53,982 nt of DNA from an uncultured Methanosarcinales archaeon (lineage in GTDB: Archaea; Nanobdellota; Nanobdellia; Woesearchaeales; CAZYIM01), in contig CAZYIM010000004.1 in assembly GCA_964647565.1 (NCBI GenBank), positions 44,322-98,303 of the forward strand, in the 5' to 3' direction. Shown piece by piece: positions 1 through 8,516 of the stretch. The translations under genes were made by a program, and so were the position numbers. Positions within the stretch are counted from its first letter, which is position 1. Each line of letters starts with the position of its first letter. The notes beneath the pieces were generated by a model. It was not told the origin of the DNA and ran no database searches. It saw only the letters and a program-made list of their open reading frames with translations.

Positions 1-20
1 CAGATAAGACTGCGCAAAAT

Positions 21-467
21 ATGCTGACCAGGCAGGAAAGCAGGTTTCTTAGTGAAAGGCTCGAGTTTGAAGATTTGAGGCAGGTGGGTCATTATAGTGG
101 GGATTGGAAGCAAGTCAAGGATAAAAGAGTGATTACCTTTAGTAAGGGTGAGATGGGCATTGAATTTACATTTCAGCGAGGAGATTACTCTTCAAAAGAG
201 TCTTTGAATGACCTTATTGAAATAGCGAGTAGTACTAATACTGATAACTTTCAACGGGCTGCTGAGGGAATGATCTTGAACGTTGCAGCAGGGCAAAAGA
301 ATAAGCATCCTAGTGAAATGCTGCTTGGGCAAGAGTCCCGGACCCTCAAACATTATGAATTAACGAGTGTTGTTAAGGTAACCACGAAGCCGAAGGTTGT
401 TTTAAGTTTTGAAATTCCTGGATTTTTTACAAAAGAAAGAGACGTCCTTTATCCTCTGGTAAAATAA
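21..467 (+). CDS. Hypothetical protein, probably 5'-truncated by the window edge
   Basis: 148-aa ORF; the frame is open from the window start; no recognisable motif. Confidence 0.55.
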   Translation: MLTRQESRFLSERLEFEDLRQVGHYSGDWKQVKDKRVITFSKGEMGIEFTFQRGDYSSKESLNDLIEIASSTNTDNFQRAAEGMILNVAAGQKNKHPSEMLLGQESRTLKHYELTSVVKVTTKPKVVLSFEIPGFFTKERDVLYPLVK

Positions 468-472
468 GCCTC

Positions 473-1237
473 TTAAATGGTTTTCTTTGAGTTTTTCCAG
501 TAGTCTTCAAACAATGCTCGGAATGTGTCTGCGATTTGTTGGTTGACAATCTCTACTACCATGGGCTTTTGCCTGTCTTGGAGAAATATCTGGCTTACAT
601 CTTTATATGTGCATATCCAGGCAGGTGTTGTGATATCTGATTCCATGTACCTGGCTTCGCATAGTTTGTAAGAATTCCTGTTTTTAAGTGTATTTTTTGG
701 TGTTCCTTTGTTGAATAACATACGGTTCTTTATACCTTCTTTATCCCTTTTGACATGATCCTGTTGCCAATAGTTGTGGTATTTTTCTTCCTGGTGTGTG
801 TAGATTCCGAATGCCAGTACTTCATCACCTTTGCTTAATCTTTGATGATACCTTTCAAAAGCAGTTTGTAATCCTCTGTAGCCTTCAAAGACCTGTATGT
901 TTGTTGACTGTGTTGATTCCTGGATATCCTTTAGTTTTGGAAGCAGTTTGAGCATCTTTTCCTTGTTTTCATCTAGTTGCTGCTTTCTCTTTTCAATATA
1001 GTCAAGTATCCTTAACGGGTCTGCAGCTTCATAATACTTCATATTCTCTTTGACAACATAAGAGACAAGGCCTTTGACAATCAGTTTTTCGAGAATGTTA
1101 TAGATGAATGATCTGGCAATTTTGGACTTATCTATGATTGGTCCTGTGGTTGACGTGCCTATCTCTAGCAGTGCGAGATAAACCTTGGCTTCGCCATCAG
1201 TTAATCCTGCTTCTTTTACAAGCTCTGCTTCATACAT
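473..1237 (-). CDS. TrmB-family transcriptional regulator
   Basis: N-terminal wHTH (GLTDGEAKVYLALLEIG...IYNILEKLIVKGLV), linker FEGYRGL, C-terminal PLD-fold-like effector domain ending FEDYWK. Confidence 0.9.
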   Translation of the reverse strand: MYEAELVKEAGLTDGEAKVYLALLEIGTSTTGPIIDKSKIARSFIYNILEKLIVKGLVSYVVKENMKYYEAADPLRILDYIEKRKQQLDENKEKMLKLLPKLKDIQESTQSTNIQVFEGYRGLQTAFERYHQRLSKGDEVLAFGIYTHQEEKYHNYWQQDHVKRDKEGIKNRMLFNKGTPKNTLKNRNSYKLCEARYMESDITTPAWICTYKDVSQIFLQDRQKPMVVEIVNQQIADTFRALFEDYWKNSKKTI

Positions 1238-1276
1238 ACCTACCAGTTATGGTGGGGATATATTTAAATGTGTTGG

Positions 1277-1295
1277 ATTACTATTAAGTAGTAAT
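1277..1295. promoter_or_regulatory. Palindromic operator candidate ATTACTA-TTAAG-TAGTAAT
   Basis: Perfect 7-bp inverted repeat next to a TATA-like TTTAAA between the divergent TrmB gene and downstream operon. Confidence 0.55.
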
Positions 1296-1311
1296 AATTG
1301 GAGGCGAATTT

Positions 1312-1935
1312 ATGGTTAATAAACTTTACCAATGCGATGTTTGCGGGACGTTATATGACAATAAACAGATTGCAAGAAAATGCCAATCTCTTGGCATACG
1401 GGATCCTGAGATACAAAGAGGTACTCTTTTCAAGATAGATAAAATGGCTAAGGTGAAGGATTGTGGCAGTGATTATCTGGTATATCTTGGAGCCAAAGAA
1501 CGAAAGAATCATAGTGGCGATGGAGCTTTTGCAGACCACTTCCCAGATTTTGAGTTCGCAACTATATTTGCTAAGAACTTACGTACATCTTATATTGGAA
1601 ATGAGTCTAAGTGGCGTGGAGAAAAAGTAACTGAAATTATACATCAAGTCCACGAGTACGGTTATCAAATCCTACGCGGTAACTTCTTGATGAACCTTCA
1701 AAATGCCTATGAAGAAGTAGATTTCAGATCTCTGGTCCAGTATTATTTTGACTATTATGCTGAAGATAAAACTTATTCAGGAGGAAGGATCCTTGAAGGT
1801 ACGAATGAATGGAAAGATCTGAAGATTTTTACCGGTAGAGTTGAAGACATATTCGGTCCAGAGAATGATGCGAGTTGGAGAGAAAAATGGGCTCATAGCA
1901 TTAAACCCGCGCAAACGTTCAGAAGAGCTCCATAA
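1312..1935 (+). CDS. Hypothetical protein with N-terminal Cys (Zn-finger-like) motif
   Basis: YQCDVCG...ARKC at the N-terminus; GGAGG SD upstream. Confidence 0.7.
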   Translation: MVNKLYQCDVCGTLYDNKQIARKCQSLGIRDPEIQRGTLFKIDKMAKVKDCGSDYLVYLGAKERKNHSGDGAFADHFPDFEFATIFAKNLRTSYIGNESKWRGEKVTEIIHQVHEYGYQILRGNFLMNLQNAYEEVDFRSLVQYYFDYYAEDKTYSGGRILEGTNEWKDLKIFTGRVEDIFGPENDASWREKWAHSIKPAQTFRRAP

Positions 1936-1952
1936 AACCTGAGGTGAAACTT

Positions 1953-2567
1953 ATGACAAATAAAAAAGTAATCGAGTTTGTCTGTTCGGGAAATCATGAC
2001 AGATCGCCATTTGCTGAGATGAAAGGATGGAATATCTTGATTGCGAAAGGCATAGAGTATTATGTGGTAATATCCAGCGGCACATCTGTGAATAAATATC
2101 AAACAGGAAACATCCCGACAAAAGATGCATTGTTTTACGCAAGACAGGGATTAGAAATGGGACTTCTTGCAGACCATGAAGAGAAGATCTTGGAGAAATT
2201 GGATGAATCAAGTGATCCTGATATTGTAAGAGATATGTTCCTTATTGCAAACGACAAGATGCTTGCGTTGGCAAAACAGCAAAAAGCAGAAGCAATGTGG
2301 GACCTAGGCTATCCTCCTCTTGGATTGAAAGTGTATAGAGAACAGACAGTTCAAAGAGGAGATACATATGCAGTTCTTTGCATGACAGACAAACATTGCC
2401 AGGCTGTTGAAAAACTATATGTTGATCGAATGCCTGAATGTGGAATAACACGTCTTGACAAAAATGGAGACATTTCTGATCCTTATTGCAAAGGCGTTGA
2501 ATATTACAAAGAAATAATCCAGCAGGTCGCAAAGGCCACTGAAATGAGCTTAAAGCAGTTCATCTGA
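1953..2567 (+). CDS. Low-molecular-weight protein tyrosine phosphatase / arsenate reductase-like protein
   Basis: P-loop FVCSGNHDRSP (C-x5-R-S) and ISDPY general-acid loop; SD GAGGTGA favours ATG 1953. Confidence 0.8.
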   Translation: MTNKKVIEFVCSGNHDRSPFAEMKGWNILIAKGIEYYVVISSGTSVNKYQTGNIPTKDALFYARQGLEMGLLADHEEKILEKLDESSDPDIVRDMFLIANDKMLALAKQQKAEAMWDLGYPPLGLKVYREQTVQRGDTYAVLCMTDKHCQAVEKLYVDRMPECGITRLDKNGDISDPYCKGVEYYKEIIQQVAKATEMSLKQFI

Positions 2568-2569
2568 AA

Positions 2570-3640
2570 ATGAAACCCATCCGACCAACCGAATATAAGA
2601 AGTATTTCTTTTCAAAAGGCGTATTGAGTTGTCTTCAATGTGGATTCTTGTTAAGGGGCTCATTGGCCAAGGCTGACCTGCTTGCAGTCTACAAGGATGA
2701 GCAGTTCAAGATATTCTTCCTGAAAGACAAGGAAAAAACTTGTAACGGGTTGGGCGTTGAGATATATACAGATCAGAAGCGCTATGAAAAATACTTTTCA
2801 GACTTCAAGCAATATCTCAAGTTCGGGCACGAAGTCCTTGTCAAGAAATATGCTGAGGTTCCCGATCACATGACAAAGGGTGAGTTTGTCGAGGTCATTG
2901 AGCAGGTCGGTAAGCTCTGGTGGTATTATGGTTTTGCAGAATTCCCATATCTTGACCTTGTTAATGAAGTTGGAGATGAAGCATCTAGGAAGCGAGCAGA
3001 AGAAATCGCACTGTTCAAGTTTGAAGCAAGGGAGCTTATGAATAAATATTATTTCAAGGATTGTGTGATTGACAATATTCTAAACTATATCTCTAAAACG
3101 TTTCTTGAAGGCAATGACGCCCACTTTCTATTTCATGATGAACTGATCGCTCTCTTTGATGGCAAAACCTTTGACAAAGAGATCATCGAACAGAGGAAGA
3201 AATGTTATTCTGCTTCTGTTACAGACCGAGTTATTGAAAAGCGATCGAATGGTGAAGCCTTATTCCTCAGCAATAACCTGGGTGTCCACAAACCCAGCAA
3301 CCATGTTAAGGGTATGACTGCGCATCCCGGAAAAGTCAAAGGCCGTGTTGTTATTGCACCTTTGCTTGGAGATCATGACGCTATTGCAGAAATAGACAAG
3401 ATAATGCACCCAGGAGATATATTAGTTGCAGAGACCACAAGCCCTGATATCATGATGATGTGTGAGAAGGCAGCCGCAATTGTGGCAGAGCAAGGCGGCC
3501 TATTGTCTCACGCTGCAATTGTTTCAAGAGAGATGAAGACTCCTTGCATTATCCAGGCAGAATATGCAACGACCATCCTTAAGACAGGTGATATTGTTGA
3601 AGTTGATGCAGATGAAGGGGTTGTGAGAAAGCTGAATTAA
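2570..3640 (+). CDS. PEP-utilising enzyme mobile (phospho-His swivel) domain protein
   Basis: C-terminal GDILVAETTSPD...GGLLSHAAIVSRE...VEVDADEG; no ATP-grasp domain visible. Confidence 0.85.
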   Translation: MKPIRPTEYKKYFFSKGVLSCLQCGFLLRGSLAKADLLAVYKDEQFKIFFLKDKEKTCNGLGVEIYTDQKRYEKYFSDFKQYLKFGHEVLVKKYAEVPDHMTKGEFVEVIEQVGKLWWYYGFAEFPYLDLVNEVGDEASRKRAEEIALFKFEARELMNKYYFKDCVIDNILNYISKTFLEGNDAHFLFHDELIALFDGKTFDKEIIEQRKKCYSASVTDRVIEKRSNGEALFLSNNLGVHKPSNHVKGMTAHPGKVKGRVVIAPLLGDHDAIAEIDKIMHPGDILVAETTSPDIMMMCEKAAAIVAEQGGLLSHAAIVSREMKTPCIIQAEYATTILKTGDIVEVDADEGVVRKLN

Positions 3641-3641
3641 A

Positions 3642-4040
3642 TTATTTCTTAATCATATTAACTATAACTCGTCTTCCATGTCGAGGTCCATCCAACTCTA
3701 CAAGCATAGGGCTCTGCCAGGTACCTAGCTGAAGTTTACCGTTTTTTACTGGAATGCTCTCACTTGGTCCTATCATGGCTGCTTTGATGTGAGCTGCACC
3801 ATTACCGTCGACATTATCATGTCTCCAAACACCATCTGGCACCATTTTATCCAATGCGTCTAGAAAGTCTGTACAAATATTAGGATCATAGTTCTCATTG
3901 ATTATTATAGCTGCAGTTGCGTGGGGTGTATAGACGTAGCAGATTCCTTCTTTTACCCCTGACTCTGTTACTGCTTTCTCAAGTTCTTCAGTAATATCAA
4001 TTAGTTCTGTCTTGCTTTTAGTTGAGATGGTAAATTCCAT
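3642..4040 (-). CDS. yjbQ: YjbQ / UPF0047 family protein
   Basis: PHATAAIIINEN, NGAAHIKA and LGTWQ...ELDGPR motifs. Confidence 0.92.
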   Translation of the reverse strand: MEFTISTKSKTELIDITEELEKAVTESGVKEGICYVYTPHATAAIIINENYDPNICTDFLDALDKMVPDGVWRHDNVDGNGAAHIKAAMIGPSESIPVKNGKLQLGTWQSPMLVELDGPRHGRRVIVNMIKK

Positions 4041-4047
4041 TTTTTAA

Positions 4048-4150
4048 AATATTAATTTGGCGCTCGCATCGCTTAATTAATAGACTATTTGACCGATTCT
4101 ATCCTCCTTGTATTTTTCATCAAGAGCGAGTTTGGCCAATAATTATTATT
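4048..4150 (-). ncRNA. Candidate structured small RNA, element A
   Basis: Terminal stem TTGG/CCAA plus CGCTC/GAGCG; shares ACTATTTGA and TTGACCGATT blocks with 19093-19199; TATA-like TTTAAA about 25 nt upstream on the minus strand. Confidence 0.45.
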
Positions 4151-4199
4151 TTGTTCATAAAACGAAAACTTTAAATGTTTAAATATTTAATGATGGAAT

Positions 4200-4469
4200 A
4201 TGGCTGAAAAATCATTTTATATTTCTCTTCTTGGTATGATTGCCTGTGTACTTATAGTGGCAATTGTAGCTGTATTGACTAAGCCTAGTGATCCATTTGC
4301 ATCACAAGAGCCTGTTCTTAAGTCCTCTGAGCCATTCGTAGAGCAACCAACTGTTACAGAGGAGCAAATATATAACACAGACATGGTCTTTGTGTTTGCA
4401 TTTTTGGTAATCATCGGCATTTTCATGTACCATGGTGCCGCCCTTGCTCATAGGCACAAGCATAGATAG
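4200..4469 (+). CDS. Small two-TM membrane protein
   Basis: Two hydrophobic helices; TATA-like sequence about 25 nt upstream. Confidence 0.65.
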   Translation: MAEKSFYISLLGMIACVLIVAIVAVLTKPSDPFASQEPVLKSSEPFVEQPTVTEEQIYNTDMVFVFAFLVIIGIFMYHGAALAHRHKHR

Positions 4470-4539
4470 CTATCTTTAACTTCTAGTTGGATTGAAGTTT
4501 AGTTAAATATTTATATAGTTGTCTTCATTAGCTTCTATA

Positions 4540-5166
4540 ATGTCAGATAAATCATTTTTACTGGTCTCTCTAAAAGAGAGTCAATCAAAGAAACTTGCTC
4601 AGGTAATATCGAATGATAGCTGCAGGAAGATTCTTGATTTTCTAGCCAATAATGAGGGTAAGACCGAGACTGAAATCTCCAAAAAGCTAAATATTCCTCT
4701 GTCGACAGTTCATTATAATCTGCAGCATCTGCTCGAGAGTAAGTTGGTTGAGGCAGATGAGTTTCATTATTCTGAGAAGGGTAAAGAGGTGCTCCACTTT
4801 AAGCTTTCAAATAAATATATTATCATTGCACCAAGGGAAGATGCCTCTGTTATGGATAAGCTCAAGAAATTTTTACCTGCAATCGGAATTATTGCTGCAA
4901 TATCTGCGGGTATGCACATAATTACGCGATTTTTCTCTTCAGCAGGCTCTTTCACAGTTCAAAAGGCAAGTTTTGCAGCAACAAGAGTTGGAGAGATGGC
5001 TGCTGACTCTGTTATGGCCGACGCTGCAGCCCCCTCTGCTGAAGTCGTAACAACAGTAACACAGACGCCCTGGTTTCATACACATTTCGCTCTTTGGTTC
5101 CTATATGGGGGTCTTTTTGTTATTCTATTATTTTTTATCTGGGAACTGATAAAATCAAAGAAATAA
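4540..5166 (+). CDS. ArsR/winged-helix regulator with two C-terminal TM helices
   Basis: RKILDFL...TETEISKKLNIPLSTVHYNLQHL HTH; two hydrophobic segments; TATA TTTATATA 4510-4517 implies a leaderless ATG at 4540. Confidence 0.85.
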   Translation: MSDKSFLLVSLKESQSKKLAQVISNDSCRKILDFLANNEGKTETEISKKLNIPLSTVHYNLQHLLESKLVEADEFHYSEKGKEVLHFKLSNKYIIIAPREDASVMDKLKKFLPAIGIIAAISAGMHIITRFFSSAGSFTVQKASFAATRVGEMAADSVMADAAAPSAEVVTTVTQTPWFHTHFALWFLYGGLFVILLFFIWELIKSKK

Positions 5167-5225
5167 AGTGTTCTCTCTGTTGAGTGATTAGCTAAATTTA
5201 AAAACATCTCTAGTTAGGTTAAATC

Positions 5226-6272
5226 ATGCCAGAACCAATATTTAAAGTTATTAATGTTACCAAGTCTTTTAATAAGAAAATTGTTCTAAAGGACATTAAT
5301 CTAGATGTTCGGGCTGGAGAGATCTTAGGCATAATTGGCTCAAGCGGCTCAGGCAAGACGACATTATTGAATACACTCATCGGATTTTTAAGGCCAGACA
5401 ATGGCGATGTTCTGTTCAGGTTTGAGCATTTACTAGATTTTAAGCAAGCAACCATATTTAGATCTGTATTCTCTAAGCAAGAGGATGTCAAGAAGCTTTA
5501 TGGTTTTGCATCACAATCACCTTCCTTCTATCACAACCTTACTGCCAAAGAAAATCTTCTGTATTTTGGATCATTATATAATCTACCTAAAGATGCCCTC
5601 AGGATGAATGTTGAGACTCTGCTAAATCTTATGGATTTAAAGCAATCTGAGAATGCATTAGCAAAAAACCTATCAGGAGGCATGGAGCGACGACTTGATA
5701 TTGCATGTTCATTGATGCACGATCCAGCTATCTTGATTCTTGACGAGCCTACTGCTGATCTGGATCCGGTTCTTAGAGATAATATAATGGAATTGGTCAG
5801 GAAAATAAATAAAAAAGGCACAACCATAATTCTTGCATCTCATCATCTGGTTGAGATGGAGAAGATCTGTACTAGAATAGCTTTCATAAAAGATCATAAG
5901 ATTATTGATGTTGATACGCCGACTAGATTAAAGACTAAATTTTCAAAACACCAGGAGATTCATCTAGAATCATATCCCGGCAACTATGATAAGATTATGA
6001 AGAAATTACCTAAAAAGAATATTGTTAATTTTACTGATACTGGCTCTAAACTGATAATATGTACCAACACTCCACAAAAGGTGCTTCAGTCATTGCTTCG
6101 AATCCTAAATTCACAAAAAGAACAGATAACTGATATTAAGGTGAGCAGGGTATCTCTAGATGATATTTTCATATCTCTAACTAAACATGAGGCGGAAGAG
6201 GATGTTGATGTTGAAGAGGTAAAAGAACAAGAACATCTTGAAGCACCATCACCAGATGAGGAGGAAGCATGA
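5226..6272 (+). CDS. ABC transporter ATP-binding protein (ABC-2/exporter type)
   Basis: Walker A GSSGSGKTT, signature LSGGM, Walker B ILILDEP, H-loop SHH. Confidence 0.95.
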   Translation: MPEPIFKVINVTKSFNKKIVLKDINLDVRAGEILGIIGSSGSGKTTLLNTLIGFLRPDNGDVLFRFEHLLDFKQATIFRSVFSKQEDVKKLYGFASQSPSFYHNLTAKENLLYFGSLYNLPKDALRMNVETLLNLMDLKQSENALAKNLSGGMERRLDIACSLMHDPAILILDEPTADLDPVLRDNIMELVRKINKKGTTIILASHHLVEMEKICTRIAFIKDHKIIDVDTPTRLKTKFSKHQEIHLESYPGNYDKIMKKLPKKNIVNFTDTGSKLIICTNTPQKVLQSLLRILNSQKEQITDIKVSRVSLDDIFISLTKHEAEEDVDVEEVKEQEHLEAPSPDEEEA

Positions 6273-8278
6273 AATTATTCAGAATCATCCAGAAGAACTT
6301 CAGGATTCTCTTCCGTTCAAAAGGATCTGCATTCATAGTGTTATTCGGTCCTCTTCTCTTGGTTGCTTTGGTCGGCTTTGCTTTGTATAAACCTACAACC
6401 TTTGATTTCTCAATTGGCTATTATACTCCTACATTAAATAATCTGACAAAATCTTTTCTTTCTGAGCTCGAAGAAACCAACTATAATCTGGAAAGGCTGG
6501 ATGCTGTAGATATTTGCATACAGAACGTAAAATATGGTGTTCAGCATACTTGTATTGTCTTTCCAGGAAATTTTTCATTGGATTCCAACTCAACCAGCGA
6601 AATAAAATTCTATGTCGACAACAGCAGGTTAAATATTGTATACCTGATAATTGGTTCAGTGTCTTCTAAACTCAATATGCAGGAAGAGCAGTTAAGCGTT
6701 GGACTGACTAACCAAATTTTAAATGTGCTTACCAATACTGAAGAGATAGCTGAAAAGCAGATACTTGAATCCATTAAGATGAAGGATCATACAGATACCA
6801 GTTCATCAGATGTAGACAGCATAAAATCTAGTCTGGATAAAATAGATCTCCAGATGGTTGATGTTGATCTTACAGGTATAGACTCCAGATATGTGGAGCT
6901 AAAAAACTACGCTGAAAAGATTGAGTCCAGAGGCGCCTCTATTGTAACAGATTGGGAAGACTTATATGGTTATTTAGATCAGAACGATAGCAAGGTTGAT
7001 GCAGTTAATGATAGCGTTGGGGATCTTGAAAGAGGCCTTGATGATTTGAACACTACATATCATTACATTTCCCTGACTGCTGTCATCGACAAGGTATCTG
7101 AAAATGTTGATAAGCTGGATACTAAGCTAAAAAGCGCCAAGATTTCTAATGAGAATATAAAAAACAAGATTGATTCAATTACCACCAACCTGAAATCTTT
7201 GAAAACTGAAATCGATGCTGTCAAGGCCTCTTTTGAATCCATTAAGCAGGATATTGACGGGATAGAGATTAAAAGTGCAGAGAAGATAATAAATCCTGTT
7301 ACCACTAAAATAGAACCTGTATTGGCAGAGTACAACCAGTTCAGATTCACCTTCCCATCCTTACTAGTACTTGTTATAATGTTTATTGGTTTGATGCTCT
7401 CAAGTACGCTAATTGTTCTAGAAAAGAAATCTACTGCTTTTTTTAGGAACTTTACAACAGCTACGCGAGATGAGTTCTTCATCGCGGGAAATTTTATAAC
7501 TAGCTTTATTATGATACTTGTGCAGGTCGTAATTATTGTATTAATAGCTTTCTATTTCCTTAAGGAACCTGTGTTTGGAAACATTCTTGTTTCTGCGGTG
7601 GCTCTTTTCCTGTTGATAACCTTATTTACCTTAATAGGTATGATAATTGGCTATCTTTCTCCAACACAAGAAGCAGCAACCATTGCAGGTATCTCTGTTG
7701 GCACAATCTTCCTTTTCCTTTCAAACCTGGTTTTACCAATAGAGTCTATGGATCCTCTTATGAAACGGATTGCACACTATAATCCGTTTGTATCAGGTTC
7801 AGACCTGTTAAGAAAGGCATTCCTGTTTGATTTTGGTTTTAATGAATTGAAAGTATCGATTCTGATTGTGTTAGGAGTCTCAGTTCTGATGATAATCCTG
7901 ATTATTTTTACTCATAGGCTCTCCAAACTGAAATATTTTCAAAAAATCCCCCATATAAGAAGAAAAATGGTCTTTTCCCCTGAGGATTCAATCCTTATCA
8001 TGGGACATCATAAGGTTAAGAATGAAGAGAGCTTGTTGAAGACTCTTAAGATGATTTCAGATAAAGAATTTTATGAACATGTCAATAAAGACCAAAATGA
8101 GATTAGTCAATGGGTTAAGGAGGTACTAGGTAAAAAATTCTTGGCTTTGAGACTCAAGAAAGTAGATAGATCTGCGATGATAACCATCCTAGAAAAGCAT
8201 CTAAGTCGTCCTCGTATTCGAATAAATATAAAGAAACCTAAATTGAATTTTAAGCGTAAGAAGAAACCTAAGAACTAG
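6269..8278 (+). CDS. ABC-2 type permease with large extracellular coiled coil and cytoplasmic C-terminal domain
   Basis: N-terminal TM, heptad-rich extracellular region, multiple C-terminal TMs; ATGA overlap with the ATPase gene. Confidence 0.88.
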   Translation: MKLFRIIQKNFRILFRSKGSAFIVLFGPLLLVALVGFALYKPTTFDFSIGYYTPTLNNLTKSFLSELEETNYNLERLDAVDICIQNVKYGVQHTCIVFPGNFSLDSNSTSEIKFYVDNSRLNIVYLIIGSVSSKLNMQEEQLSVGLTNQILNVLTNTEEIAEKQILESIKMKDHTDTSSSDVDSIKSSLDKIDLQMVDVDLTGIDSRYVELKNYAEKIESRGASIVTDWEDLYGYLDQNDSKVDAVNDSVGDLERGLDDLNTTYHYISLTAVIDKVSENVDKLDTKLKSAKISNENIKNKIDSITTNLKSLKTEIDAVKASFESIKQDIDGIEIKSAEKIINPVTTKIEPVLAEYNQFRFTFPSLLVLVIMFIGLMLSSTLIVLEKKSTAFFRNFTTATRDEFFIAGNFITSFIMILVQVVIIVLIAFYFLKEPVFGNILVSAVALFLLITLFTLIGMIIGYLSPTQEAATIAGISVGTIFLFLSNLVLPIESMDPLMKRIAHYNPFVSGSDLLRKAFLFDFGFNELKVSILIVLGVSVLMIILIIFTHRLSKLKYFQKIPHIRRKMVFSPEDSILIMGHHKVKNEESLLKTLKMISDKEFYEHVNKDQNEISQWVKEVLGKKFLALRLKKVDRSAMITILEKHLSRPRIRINIKKPKLNFKRKKKPKN

Positions 8279-8487
8279 CTTTTTCTAATTTTCTTAATAA
8301 GAGGCAGGAAGACAAACGCAACTACTATGATAGTTACCCAAAAGACAATCACATTGATTTGCTTAAAGATTAATAAGATAAATGAAGCTATCAATACTAT
8401 AATCAGAATAATAGAAATGATTTTTATGAACATATCTTGTTTCACTTTAAACTGCCTATTTCTTATCTTTCTTTTTCTTAGGTACAC
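8275..8487 (-). CDS. Small membrane protein (start uncertain)
   Basis: Two hydrophobic helices; follows sufS with a GAGGTG SD-like sequence. Confidence 0.5.
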   Translation of the reverse strand: MYLRKRKIRNRQFKVKQDMFIKIISIILIIVLIASFILLIFKQINVIVFWVTIIVVAFVFLPLIKKIRKS

Positions 8488-8516
8488 AACCGCAACAACC
8501 CACCATAATCACCTCC

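Noticed and set aside
4060..4100. Pistol ribozyme resemblance (GGTCAAATAG...TTAAGC...GAGCG on the minus strand)
   Set aside because: No P1 hairpin with a loop complementary to the pseudoknot strand, and no P2/P3 partners with a G-U cleavage site
4057..4139. C/D box guide RNA interpretation of elements A, B and C
   Set aside because: Only A has a TGATGA box; CTGA D/D' boxes and ~12-nt guide spacing are missing
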